From positions 353,958,001-354,022,000 of the forward strand of contig NC_091282.1 of the NCBI RefSeq assembly GCF_032444005.1: a stretch of DNA of 64,000 nucleotides, in the 5' to 3' direction. Origin of the DNA: Ranitomeya imitator. Taxonomy: Eukaryota. How positions within the stretch are numbered: position 1 is the first letter of the stretch; every line of letters begins with the position of its first letter. Below are positions 11,000-23,048 of this stretch, in pieces. A program made the translations under genes and the position numbers. Under the pieces are notes generated by a model. That model did no database searches and was not told the DNA's origin. It saw only the letters and a list, made by a program, of their open reading frames with translations.

Positions 11000-12750
11000 G
11001 ACACCATGAGGTCCACACCCGGAGTCCTCCATAGAAGGCAAATCTGATGGAAGACCTCCTGATGCAGGGACCATTCCCCTGCAGCAAGGACCTCGCGGCT
11101 GAGAAAATAGGCGGCCCAGTTGATGCCGCTGGGGATATGCACTGTGGATATTGCTGGAACTGTCACCTCTGCCAAAGCAAAGGAACTCAGAGTCCCTTCC
11201 CTGGTGGGTGACATATGCCACTGCCATGACATTGTCCTTCTGAATTTGGATTGGCAGACCCCTGAGAAGACTTTATCGAGGACATTGATCGGCAGCGCAG
11301 ACTCCTGTGCTGACTAACGACCCTGGACAGTCAGGGTCCCCCCAGCCGAAAAGGCTGGCGTCCGTTGTCACCACCTGCCAGTGAATGGGAAGGAACCACC
11401 GGCCCTGGAAGATGAGGGGTGATGTCAGCCACCAATTGAGGGACCGTTTAACCAGGGACGAGAGCCGAATTAGAAGATCCAGAGAAAGGACAGACTTGTC
11501 CCACTGCCAAAGGATGGCCTGCTGAAGTGGTCTTGAGTGGAATTGAGAGAAGGCGATTGCCTACAACGTTGCCACCATCCTCCCTAGGATCTTCATGGCT
11601 GATCGGAAGGAGGGATGCCGAGGGCCCTGAAGCAAAGGAACTTGCTGCCAGAGAATTGCTCTCTTCTCTTCGGGAAGGAAAACTCTGGTCTGACGGGTGT
11701 CTAACAGCATGCCTAGAAGCACGAGGCGCTGAGTCTGAACAAGCCAGGACTTCTTCCTGTTGACAAGCCACCTGAAATGGGACAGAGTGTCGAGGACGAT
11801 GGTCAGACTTTCGTGAGCCTGGGAAAAAGACAGAGCCTTAATGAGGATGTCGTCGAGGTACGGAAAGAGAACTAGACCTCTGATCCTCAAAATGTCCATC
11901 AACGCTGCCATGATCTTTGTGAAAACCCTGGGAGCGGACGCTAGACCGAACGGCAGGGCGACAAACTGGAAATGCTCCTGATGTACCGCAAAACGCAGGA
12001 ATTTGTGATGTCTTGGGAATATAGTGACATGAAGATAGGCGTCCTGAATGTCTATGGTGCACAGAAATTCCTGCGCCTCCATGAAAGCGATTACTGAAAG
12101 AAGGGACTACATCTTGAAATGTCGCAGTCGGACCCTTTAGTTCAGTAACTTGAGGTCCAGAATGGGCCGAACCGCGCTGTCTTTTTTCGGCACCACAAAC
12201 AGGTTTGAGTTCTCTATCTGGAACGGGAATGATTACTGCCGAACTGAGGAGGGAGGCGATGGATGCAAAGAAACCCAGGATCAGAGCGGGGTCTCTTGGA
12301 AGGCAGGATTCGAAGAATTGATCTCGGGGCCAAGGAACAAATTCTATTTTGTATCCTGAAGCTACAACCTCCCTGACTCATGCGTCCTCCACCGAGTCGA
12401 GCCAGACGTCTCTGAAGGAAAGGAGATGGCCGCCCAGCTTGGGAAAAGCGCTGGGGTCTCGGTGAGAGTCATGTCGAGGTAGACCTTCAAGGTCAAGACA
12501 TGGTGGATCTGCCTTGGGTGTAGCGGGAGCGCCAAGGTGTGGGGCTAATTGAAACTTTCTTCTTATCCTGGTGAGCCTGCGGCCTCTGTTGGTGGGAGAA
12601 GGACTGCCGCCGTGAAATGACGAAAGGGACGAAAAAACTGAAACTGCCGCTTCAGAAGAGGATGGCGAGGTTTGGACTGGGGGAGAAGGAAGCTTGTGCC
12701 CCCGATGGCGTCCTAAATAATTTTGTCCATCCTGGAGCCCAAAAGACATG
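11000..12750 (-). pseudogene. DIRS reverse transcriptase / RNase H region (frameshifted)
   Basis: ORF 11561-12082 with RT motifs; flanking frames give RNase H-like fragments (WQAVHIPGVDNWAAD-like). Confidence 0.85.
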
Positions 12751-12810
12751 ATCCTTGAAAAGGCAGGCTGGTGAAGGACTTTGACAACAAGTCCACCTGT
12801 CAGGCCTTAA

Positions 12811-13443
12811 AAGGAATCTGTCACCCCAAAAATCGTATATGAGCTAAGGCCACAGGCATCAGGGGCTTATCTAGAGCATTCGGTAATGCTGTAGATAAGC
12901 ACCCGATGTAACCTGAAAGGTAAGAAAAACAGGATATATTCTACTCACCTAGGGGCGGTCCCGATTCGCTTCGGGTCTGATGGGCGTCGCGGTCCGATGC
13001 CTCCTATCTTCATACGATGACGTCCTCCTCTTGTCTTCCTGCCGCGGAATCAGCGCAGGCATACTTTGTCTGCCCTGTTGAGGGCAGAGCAAAGTACTGC
13101 AGTGCGCAGGCGCTGGGCCTCTCTGACTTTTCCCAGTGACTGCGCACTGCAGTACTTTGCTCTGCCCTCAACAGGGCAGACAAAGTACGCCTGCGCTGGA
13201 GCCGCGGCAGAAAGACAAGAAGAGGACGTCATTGTATGAAGATGGGAGGCGCCAGACCCGGACCGCGAAGCCCATCGGACCGGACCGCAGCGGGACCTCC
13301 CCTGGGCGAGTATAATATAACAGTTTTTTCTTACCTTTCAGGTTACATCGGGGGCTTATCTACAGCATTACAGAATGCTGCAGACAAGCCCCCGATGCCG
13401 GTGGCCATAGCTCATATACGATTTTTTGGGTGACAGATTCCCT
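12811..13443. mobile_element. Kolobok/T2-type MITE inserted in DIRS
   Basis: TTAA|aaggaatctgtcacccc ... gggtgacagattccct|TTAA; internal palindrome; same family as 32297-32892. Confidence 0.85.
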
Positions 13444-14549
13444 TTAAGCCAAACAGTCCGCCGGATAGCAACAACACTGCTGGACGCCTGAGCTGCGCAA
13501 GACACGGCATCCAGGAAGGCAGAAAACAAAAACTCCCCTGCATGAGAAATCTGGTTGGCGACATCTGCCAGCTGTTTTGGTTGAGCTCAGGCCAGAATGC
13601 ATTGACGGAGTTGTTTGGCCCATTTGGCTACGGACTTTGAAACCCAAGTGGAAAATCTGACCTTGCAAAGGATTTTATAATTCTGTCATTAGAATCCTTC
13701 AATGATGCTCCATCAGTAAGCGTGAGGACAGTGTTGGTAGACAGTCTAGAAACTGGCGGGTCCACGGAGGGAGAAGCTGCCCAGTTGGTGGTAAGCTCAG
13801 GAGAAAAAAAGGATATAACACGCCAAGGCGCTTCCCTCTTTGAAAGTGTCTGGTCAGATTCTGCCTTTCCCTGGCCAGAATCTCCTCAAATTCTGAATGA
13901 GGAGCGAAGACCTTGGAAGGTGGTTTAGACCATCTAAAGGAAACCGCCTGATCTGCAGGTTCCGTAAAGGTATCTTTGATGCCAAAGGTCTGTTGATCGC
14001 CCTAATGAGACTCTGAACATATCCCTCATGTTAGCGATTTGGCCCGAATCCAGCTCCAAAACGTCTTCCGATGGCGCGTCCGAAAACGCCTCGCCTGACT
14101 CGGGAGAGGAGGATTGGGACGAAGATCGCTGAGATGGACCAGGGGGTGAGATGGAATGGAAGAGGACTCAGACTGGTGCTCGTGTCTGGATCTTTTGAGG
14201 CCTGTGTTGGAAGGCCCGGACGGAGCTTCCTGTGACCCGCTGGCTACCACGGGAGTCTGCAGGGGCAACCTATCAAGTACAGACACCAGGGTCTGAAACA
14301 CCCTGGTGAAATCCACCACAGATTGTGACAGAGAGGAAGCCCACCCTGGGATAGGGGTCTCGCTCTAACCTGGGACAGAAGGGGGCTCATGGGCAGTGGG
14401 GTTGCTGCAGTCCTGACAGAGGGGAGAGTACTGACCTGAGGGAAGCCTGCATTTACAAGAAGAGCATACAAAGTGTCTCACCAGAGCAGAGGAGGAGGAG
14501 GCAGGAGGACGTTCTCCATTAGAATTAGACATGAGCAGACCCACTAAGT

Positions 14550-14877
14550 CAGGGGTGGGGAACCTCAGGCCCCAGCGCCATTTACGGTCCTCGATGACCT
14601 TTTATCAGGCCCCTCGAGCAGATTCTCAGGGACTGCATTCTTGGGCAGGGAGCTGTAGCTGCATATTGATTACAACCAGCTCATTAATTTCTTCTTGCTC
14701 TATTAGCACACACATGCAGTGTTCACTAGTGAACACTGAAGGGCATGCAATGAAAGATTACGTCCTGAAATCAGTGCCAGAGTCAGGATGTACTTTGTGG
14801 GCGGAGTTTGTACGGCCCCTGAAGGATGGTATAAATATCCAAACGGCCCTTGGCTGAAAAAAGATTCCCCACCCCTG
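14550..14877. mobile_element. hAT-type MITE inserted in DIRS
   Basis: caggggtgggga ... tccccacccctg termini; 8-bp TSD cactaagt (14542-14549 / 14878-14885). Confidence 0.9.
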
Positions 14878-17335
14878 CACTAAGTGATGCCAGCAGGTTA
14901 GGGGACAGTAAAATGCAGAGGAGAAATGTCAGTCTGCAGTGCAGAGCTACACTCAGTACTGTGCAGTGGTCCTGATTCAGCGTCTAGGTGCAGGGCTGTT
15001 GTGCGGGAAGAGGGTACTCCGCAAGAAGGAGGGACTATCCGGCTGTGCAGACCAGAAAGATGATGGCCGCCAGAGGATGCCCAGGTCCAAGAAGGAAAAG
15101 CACTTGCTGAAAAACCCGCTCTTGAAAATGGAAGAAGGGGGGGCAGAGCCCAAGCGCTGTGTCCAGGGGCAGTAAGAAGGGGGCCGGCTCCAGGGGGCGG
15201 AGCTAACCGCCGGCAGGAAGGAACTAAGACGGGTGGGGGAAAAGCCTACCCGAAGAGCAGGAAGAAGAGGGGCAAAGCCAACGCTGCAGCTAGGCCGGAG
15301 TGAATCCGGGAACTAGATTTGCAGCTGGTGCCCGCCGGAGCATGGGGGACTGGCGCGGAGGGCCCTGGAGCGCCAAAAGGGAAGCGACTGGGGCCCCCAA
15401 TACCCCCGGAATCAAAGGGGGAAGACCCAATTACTCAATGCTGCAGCTAGTCCCCAGAGAAGCCAGGACCTAGGCTACAGCTGATGTCTGCCCGAGTATG
15501 GGAGAGCGGCGTGGAAGCCCTAAAACGCAGAAGGTACGCCTGACTTAAAGGGAAAGACCCCTAAGGCCCTCTAATAAAATAAAGGGAATCTGTCTTTATT
15601 TTTTTTTTTCAAAGCTAAAATTCTTACCTTTTCTTCTTATCCTCTTCATTGGCAACTGGGGGGGAGAAGAGAAAAATACCTCCCCATCCAGGAAAGATTG
15701 GACATCCGAAAATCTTGCGATGTGGGATATCCGCGTCTCGTCCAACTGACAGGCTCTGGTGGGTGAGTGGGTGGGAGAAGGACACAGGACCAACGATCGG
15801 ATCACCTAAACACGCTTCTGTGTAAGGGGTTGGGGTCCTGTCAAGCAAACATATGAGGATACGGGGTGGCCGTACACGCTTTACTCATAGTCTCTTTGTG
15901 GGAGTACTGTTGTGACTATTCACGCTGTATCCCTCCAGGCACCTGAAAGAAAACGCACACTGAGATAGATATGGGTCTAGTGAAAGACCGTGTCCACCTC
16001 CTACTGACACTAAGCTAAACTGATATAGTGCCAGTCGGTGGGATGTACACTGTAGAGGAGGAGCTAACTTTTTTTGTGCATAGTGTTAGCCTCCTAGTGG
16101 CAGCAGCATACACCCATGGTTCCTGTATCCCCCAATGAAGCGATAGAGAAATTGGACACCAAAAGTTGTTGTAAAATTTGTCCTGAGTACCCATATGTGG
16201 GAGAAAACTACTGTATGGGTACACATCGGGGCTCAGAAGGAAAGTAGTGACGTTTTGGAATGCAGACTTTGATGGAATGGTCTGCGGGCATCATGTTGCG
16301 TTTGGAGAGCCCCTGATGTGCCTAAACAGTGAAAACCCCCCAATTCTAACTTCAACCCTAACCCACCCCTAACCGTAATCCTAACTTTAGCCCCAACCCT
16401 AATGGGAAAATGGAAATAAATACATTTCTGTCAGCCCCTCGGCCAGCTCCAGAACGCTGCAATCATGTTTGATCACAGTGTTCCGGGAAAATCAGCTGAC
16501 ACACGGCAGCAATCATCCCAGTGATCGCTGCCGATCGCTTAGACGTACTATTCCGTCCATGGGAATTAGGGCCCACATAGGGAATTAGGGTCACATGTAC
16601 GGAATAGTACTTCTGATGGCAGAAAGGGTTAAAGGGATAAACTTGCATAGTAGACATTATCAAATAATTTTTTTTAACTGTATTTGAACCTTCTGTATTT
16701 ATACATTTATATGGAGAACCACTACTATGTGTCCTTATTTTGCACTTGTTTGTAATTAGTATGTAATATTCTAGGTGCTAATAAAGTATTTTTGTACATT
16801 TTTAAACACTCCTGTGCTCCTATTTTATAATGCTTATTTTGGAGAGTTTTTTTCTGCGGCTGAGTGTATAGTACTCTCTCCACATATCACTATGAGTCTG
16901 GGTCTTCTGATATTAATTACTGTAGTGTTGGGTGCTGCTAAGGGCTTTTGCATTATTAGCACTGCATAGTGCTATATGAATAGGGCTATGTTGTAGTAAT
17001 TTTTAGCTGGCCAGGCATCAGAATCATCAATGATTGTCTAGTGAGGCCTGAGTAGCAAAAGTAGAAGCCTAAAAGTGTCTACATTCTTTCACATTGTGCA
17101 CAAAAGCATGGGGGAATGAATCTTCAAACACCGATGATATGAAAAAAAATCTAAATTCTTTAACAGTGAGACCACAACTTGTTGAAAAATTTTAGATGCA
17201 CACAAGCAATTTTCAGGAAGCAGGGGCTTGATGCACTGGAGGTCATGCTCTAGGAATAAGTTATTCAGGCTTTCCTACAGTGTTTTTTCAGGATCTTCCG
17301 TTTAGAAGATTTACTTGGCCGAAGGTTTCACTTAC

Positions 17336-17438
17336 CTCTTTAATGGGGTTATAATCCATATGCAGAAAGTCATATTTACCAGGAACCTTTTCAAAATTTG
17401 CGCGCTCAGACCAAAGATTTTTTGTCTTATCAAAAAAC
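17336..17438 (-). CDS. parp2: PARP2 exon (103 bp), C-terminal WGR domain
   Basis: FFDKTKNLWSERANFEKVPGKYDFLHMDYNPIKE; tttctag| and |gtaagt; phase 2 in, phase 0 out, matching neighbours. Confidence 0.95.
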
Positions 17439-18329
17439 CTAGAAAAATATAACGTTAACTTAAAACTTCAGGTTATTGCCTATAGCAAACATTATTGTGA
17501 TGAAAACCGAGATGACCAGAAAGCTCTGACATCAGTACATCTTAAAAATGGTTCTTTATATAATATTACAAACAGAATTGACATTTTTTTTGCATGCACA
17601 CAGACCTTTTCTCAAGCTGAAAAAGGAGTCTGCATAATGCTGCCTTCACACATCCATGTTCACTGACGCGTTACAGACAGAGTGTCTCCTCACAAAGAAC
17701 TCAACCTCAGATTGTACACGGACCATGAAATACAGATGTGTGACACCGGCCTTAAACGAGATGCAACTTTTAAATTCCTGTACTTTGCTAAAATATCCTG
17801 ATCACACAGGACCCTACACGATCAGACCCATCTCTTTAACCTAGGCTTGCAAAGGAACTTCATGGCAGGTGGGATCCAGCTACATCTTACTCTAATTAAA
17901 ACAGGGCTTGCTTAGGCCAGGTTCACATTTGCGTCTGTGTGCGCAGCGTACGATCCGTATGTGTCACGCGTACATATCTTTAATATTGTGTACGCAGTGA
18001 CATGGTTTTGCATGTGTTCACTTGTGGATGCGTACGTTTGGAGGTGTGCAGCAGCGGCCGGCGAACGCAACGTTGCATTTTTTGAGTCGGCAAAAATTGC
18101 TCAATCGTCCGCATGCGGACGATTGCGTAAAAAAACCTCAATACTGTATGGGAACGCATTGTTACGCAAGGACATGCGTACGCTTGCGTTCGATACGCAT
18201 GTGTACTTCTGACTAATTTTGCCTTGGAAATGATGTAACCACCTGAAAATTGTCAGCTGTATAAAAGGGGGTCTGGAGACAGGAAGTCCATTACTCTCAA
18301 GACTCTTGATGCGGCCAACAGGACATTGG

Positions 18330-18960
18330 AAGAAGGCAGAAGACTCTGGATGTAAGTATAGAAGCTTTGAAAATGTGTGTCTGTCTCTCACTGCATTCTG
18401 TAATCATGTTTTTTTTCTGTTGCTTCTAGACTGTTTGTTGCTGCCATCCTGATGCCGCCATCTTGGGCAAAGTGCTGCAGTCTATATGCAAGTATAGAAG
18501 GTGTGAAAATATCTGTCTTTGCACTCTGTACAGAATTTTTTTTCCATTCCTTGTAGATTAGGTGCTGCTGTCTTGGTCCCAGTGGTGCAGTCTTTGTCCA
18601 AGTGCTGTCATCCATATGTAAGTATAGAAGATGTGAAAATGTCTGTCTTTTGCACTCTGTACAGATTTTTTTTCTCCATTCTTTGTAGATTGGGTGCTGC
18701 TGTCTTGGTACCAGTGCTGCCGTCTTGGTCCCGCTGCTGCCATCTATGTAAGTATGGAAGCTTTGAAAATGTCTGTCTTTGCACTCTGTACAGAATTTTT
18801 TTTCCATTCCTTGTAGATTAGGTGCTGCTGTCTTGGTGCTGCTCTCTTGGTCCCAGTGCTGCTGTCTTGGTCCCGGTGCTGTTCTTCAGTCCGTCCTGGT
18901 GCTGTGGTTCCTGTTGTGTGGTGCCTGGTGTGTGCTTGGACTACTGCCTGTAATGTAAGT
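18330..18960 (+). repeat. ~130-bp tandem units inside Harbinger, each a mini exon plus a ~70-nt GT/GC-AG intron-like segment
   Basis: gtaagtat...tttccattccttgtag recurs at 18352-18429, 18488-18556, 18618-18688 and 18748-18816. Confidence 0.8.
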
Positions 18961-19066
18961 ATTGTTGTCCAAATTTTTATGTTTTTTTTCTACATTATTT
19001 TGCTTTTACCAAGTTACATGTTTTTTCTCTCTAGTGTATCACTTGACTGCTGCCTGCTCTTACAAC

Positions 19067-21300
19067 ATGTCCTCCACTGAAGGCTCTGAAAGTGGCCATG
19101 ACACCGATTATGTAATCACATTTGATTTACTGATTGGTATGTATTTACTGTCAATACTTGACATGTTAAATCATGTATTTTCTTTACAGGTACCTGACAC
19201 TGCAGAAGAGCAGGAGCAGTCAAGTGGAAATTATTCTTCCCAGGGTCGTCGGCCTCAAGTTGCTGAGGAGAAAAGACGAGGTGTAAGTATCCTTTATCAG
19301 ACTTTTTATTGAATTTGTTGTCATTTTTACTAACAAATTCTTTTTTTGTATTTCATCTATAGGTTCCACAACGTGACATAGAAAATTACCTACTGATTCA
19401 AGCTGTGCAAGAGCGAGCAGCGTTGTGGGACCCCGTGATCGGAATCATTCCGACTCAGTCTTGATCCGACGACTCTGTGTAGAAGTGGCCAGATCGCTGA
19501 TGGATGATTGGGACCATGCAACGCCAAAAGTCAGAAAGGATTTTGGTAAATATTGCTATTTTGGTCGCCTCTGTTTTTCTGTAAATTTTTCTGTCTTAAT
19601 TTTATTTTTCCTCCCCCTTCACAGAGAAAAGAGTAAAAGTTCGTTGGCGTTCTATGAAGGATCACTTCAATAAGTACACAAGAGGAGATTTGGGTTCGAA
19701 GTGGTGCAGCTCGAAAAATCAGAAAATACAAGTATCATAACGAGCTTTCTTTTCTGAAGCCAGCAGTTGCTCAGCGAACGCGAGTATCTTTTTGTGTTTT
19801 TCACTATTTAATTTTTTCTTTTTTGTAATTTTTTTAAAATTTCTTTTCCACACAAAACCTGGAGCACACTGTTGAACCTGGATCTTCCTCTGTTGGAGTA
19901 GCCCCTCATCGACCAGCCAACGAACCGGCATCATCCCAATCATCCACCAGTGATGCAGCAGCCAGGCAGGCTTCACAGGCTGGGGAACAGGAAGCCGGCC
20001 CTTCTGGTTTTCCCCTCTCCCAGCCCTCTGCCACTTTACTTGGGTCTGTTTGGCAGCGGCAGAGGGCCGGGGAGAAGTCAGTCATGCCAGAGTTTACTCA
20101 CTTAAGCTTGGTCTTCCAGGCTGGGATGAAGGCGGTTGTGGATAGGATGGAGAATGGGTTCACTCATGTGAACACACGGTTCCAGGAAGTCCACAAATGC
20201 CTTGACCGCCTGGAAGGCGACCTTAATAGACCCTGCGCGACATTATTTTTCCACTATAGAACGGGGAGTGATGGAAAACCTTAAGGCCCCTTCACACTTA
20301 GCGACGCTGCAGCGATACCGACAACGATCCGGATCGCTGCAGCGTCGCTGTTTGGTCGCTGGAGAGCTGTCACACAGACCGCTCTCCAGCGACCAACGAT
20401 GCCGGTAACCAGGGTAAACATCGGGTAACTAAGCGCAGGGCCGCGCTTAGTAACCCGATGTTTACCCTGGTTACCATGCTAAAAGTAAAAAAAAACAAAC
20501 ACTAGATACTTACCTACCGCTGTCTGTCCTCTGCTCTCCTCCTGTACTGGCTGTGAGCCGGAAAGCAGAGCGGTGACGTCACCGCTCTGCTTTCCGGCTC
20601 ACAGCCAGTACAGGAGGAGAGCAGAGCACAGCGCTGGAGGACAGACAGCGGTAGGTAAGTATCTAGTGTTTGTTTTTTTTACTTTTAGCATGGTAACCAG
20701 GGTAAACATCGGGTTACTAAGCGCGGCCCTGCGCTTAGTTACCCGATGTTTACCCTGGTTACCAGTGAAGACATCGCTGGATCGGTGTCACACATGCCGA
20801 TCCAGCGATGTCAGCAGGAGTCCAGCGACGAAATAAAGTTCTGGACTTTATTCAGCGACCAACGTTCTCCCAGCAGGGGCCTGATCGTTGGTCGCTGTCA
20901 CACATAACGATTTCATTAACGATATCGTTGCTACGTCACAAATAGCAACGATATCGTTAACAATATCGTTGTGTGTGAAGGTACCTTAAGTCCTGATCTC
21001 CTACTGTTCGTGATGAAGGCCTGTCAGGATGCTTATACCGAGGCCATGCAGCGGGGTCCCGATAGCAGCAGGCACAAAGTTGTTTCCGTACAGGGCAACA
21101 AGCTCCAGCACAACATCAGTGGCAGAATCCGCCTGCGCCGACTTACCAAGGGACTTATCTACCACCACCACCGCTGGACATTGCACTTCCAAGAATCCCA
21201 AGGTTCACCATGCAGCCTAGTGCAGAAGACCAGCCATCCACATCTACCACCACACAGCCTAGTGCAGAAGCCCAGCTGTCTGGTTCTGCCATTAAGATGA
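19067..21300 (+). pseudogene. Harbinger Myb/SANT (MADF) gene, multi-exon, frameshifted and MITE-interrupted
   Basis: Exons MSSTEGSESGHDTDY / VPDTAEEQ / LLIQAVQERAALWDP[-1 frameshift]RDRNHSDS / RWRSMKDHFNK..KYKYHNELSFLKP. Confidence 0.8.
20285..20985. mobile_element. 701-bp highly palindromic MITE inserted in the Harbinger MADF gene
   Basis: TTAA on both sides (20281-20284, 20986-20989); termini ggccccttcacac / gtgtgtgaaggtacc; nested internal inverted repeats. Confidence 0.85.
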
Positions 21301-21739
21301 GTGCACATTTCTCCTCTACCAAGGCAGCACCAGAGGAAAAAGAGAGGAAAAAACAGTCACGGAGAAAAAACAGGAATAAATGTTACATGCACCCCCTCAA
21401 CCCTCACCTCCTAATGTGTCTGTGCGTTCTAGTCTGTCCACACCTTCACTCTTCCCCTAATGTGACTTCCCCCAATGTGTCTGACCCAATCCTTCAATTG
21501 TCTTACACTTCCCCCTGTAACAACTTACCCAACCACTCCTAACCTACCATCAAAGCCCGACACCCCCCTGGTCCACCATGTTACTCCCTCCCACAGACCC
21601 CAAAAGTAATTCATTTTTCTTTAAAAAAAAATTGCAATTTTTTATTTATTTCTGCTAGTAAAAAATTTTTTGATTCACAATACCGGTCTCGTTGTGTTTT
21701 CGTTATCTCTTTATTTAACCATGTGTGTATTGTTGAATG

Positions 21740-23000
21740 AAGTACGAACGGGTGTAACAGTTAAGGTGTTTATTATACAAGTTAGATTCAAGGTGTTTTA
21801 TTTACAGGTTAAACCATTTCATCTTGCCATGACACACGTCCACTATCAGAGACAAAATAGGCTGCAAATGTATCCCTCATTTGGGCAACTTCGCCTGCAG
21901 CCCTCAGAGGGTGATGTTGGTAATCCTGCAATGTGGTATTAACAGTTTCCTCAAGTTCAACAACATGTTTTCACAACCTCATCAATTGTATCTATTTTTT
22001 TTATGGCTGTTCCCAAAATGCGTCATTTAAATGCCAGCACACTCCACAGTTCTTCATACTCTTGTCAGTCAGTAGTTGAAAATCCTTTTGTGTGACTCAA
22101 GTCCCGATTTGAGTGCGGTTTTAGGAAGTTGCCACACATTTGAAAGGCCTCATCACCAACAATAACAAACGTCATTGATGGTCCTTCAGTTTTAGGAAGA
22201 GGCTGTGGTGGGGGAATATTAAAATCATTCCCATACAATCGTCCCATGTCAGAGTTTTTGAAAGTCTGAGTCATTTTCTCGTCCAAATGAGACAACGTCA
22301 ACAAATAAACATTCAGCATCCGCAACTGCCATCAGAACAATGGAAAAATATTTTTTATAATTGAAGTACTCAGATCCACTTCCTGCAGGTTTCAGAATCA
22401 GAATTTGGTTTGCAGTCCACAGCCCCCACAAAGTTAGGAAAATTACACATTTCATTGAATTTTGCGGCAATTTGCAGCCACAGTTCAGCTGTGGGTTGGG
22501 GGAGGAAGCTGGCACGCAGAACATCACACAATGCATGGCAAGAGTCTCCAACAATCCCAAAAAGAGTGGACAGTCCAATTCGAAATTAAAAATGTAGAGA
22601 TCTTAAGGTCTCTCCAGTAGCCAGGAATCTGCAGAACAGAGAAAGGAACAAATAAATCAGTACATGGCTTTTCTAACAATAATAGTAACGACAGGTGTTT
22701 GTTCAAAATTAAGTACCTTATAGTCACCAACAGACTTTCCTCAGCAGGAATTGCTCTACATAGTTGGGTGTCCTGCCTGCTGATGTATCCTCGGACACAT
22801 TGCAGCAAATCATTGAAGCTCTGTAGCGACATCCTGGTGCAGTCCAAAAACGTCGCCGGGTTTTCACGAAGCTCTGTGTACTATGCGTGGTAGGCTCCAC
22901 GGCTCTGTCGGAGTTCAACAATGGGGTGTTACCAAAAGCGATGAAGACGTCTTCTCCATCTTTCTCTTCTCCTTTCTTCCTCACAAGCCACAGCGAAAGC
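21740..23000 (-). pseudogene. Harbinger DDE (HARBI1/DDE_Tnp_4-like) transposase
   Basis: RMSLQSFNDLL..ISRQDT..AIPAEESLLVTIRYL; GSEYFNYKKYFSIVLMAVADA; VIVGDEAF. Multiple frameshifts. Confidence 0.88.
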
Positions 23001-23048
23001 AAAAGCCAATTTCAAAGATAAATCTAGATTCATATTGAAGTTCTCCAC

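Larger units (their letters stand above)
9343..16151 (-). mobile_element. DIRS1-type tyrosine-recombinase retrotransposon, full length, decayed
   Basis: Inverted terminal repeats (~9385-9500 / 16025-16140); internal complementary region ~9617-9717 matching both termini; RT ORF 11561-12082 (DIQDAYLH, LPFGLASAPRVF, YLDD); YR fragments 9510-10610 (KAHST, WIRTAI); no TSD, shared gagaaa at both junctions. Confidence 0.92.
7912..16628 (+). mobile_element. Long non-autonomous piggyBac-like element (about 1.9 kb own sequence) with a DIRS inserted
   Basis: TTAA|ccc ... ggg|TTAA (7908-7911, 16629-16632); internal ~370-bp subrepeats; homologous to 26319-29584 in reverse orientation; ccctaa-type repeats at 16340-16402. 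Confidence 0.75.
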
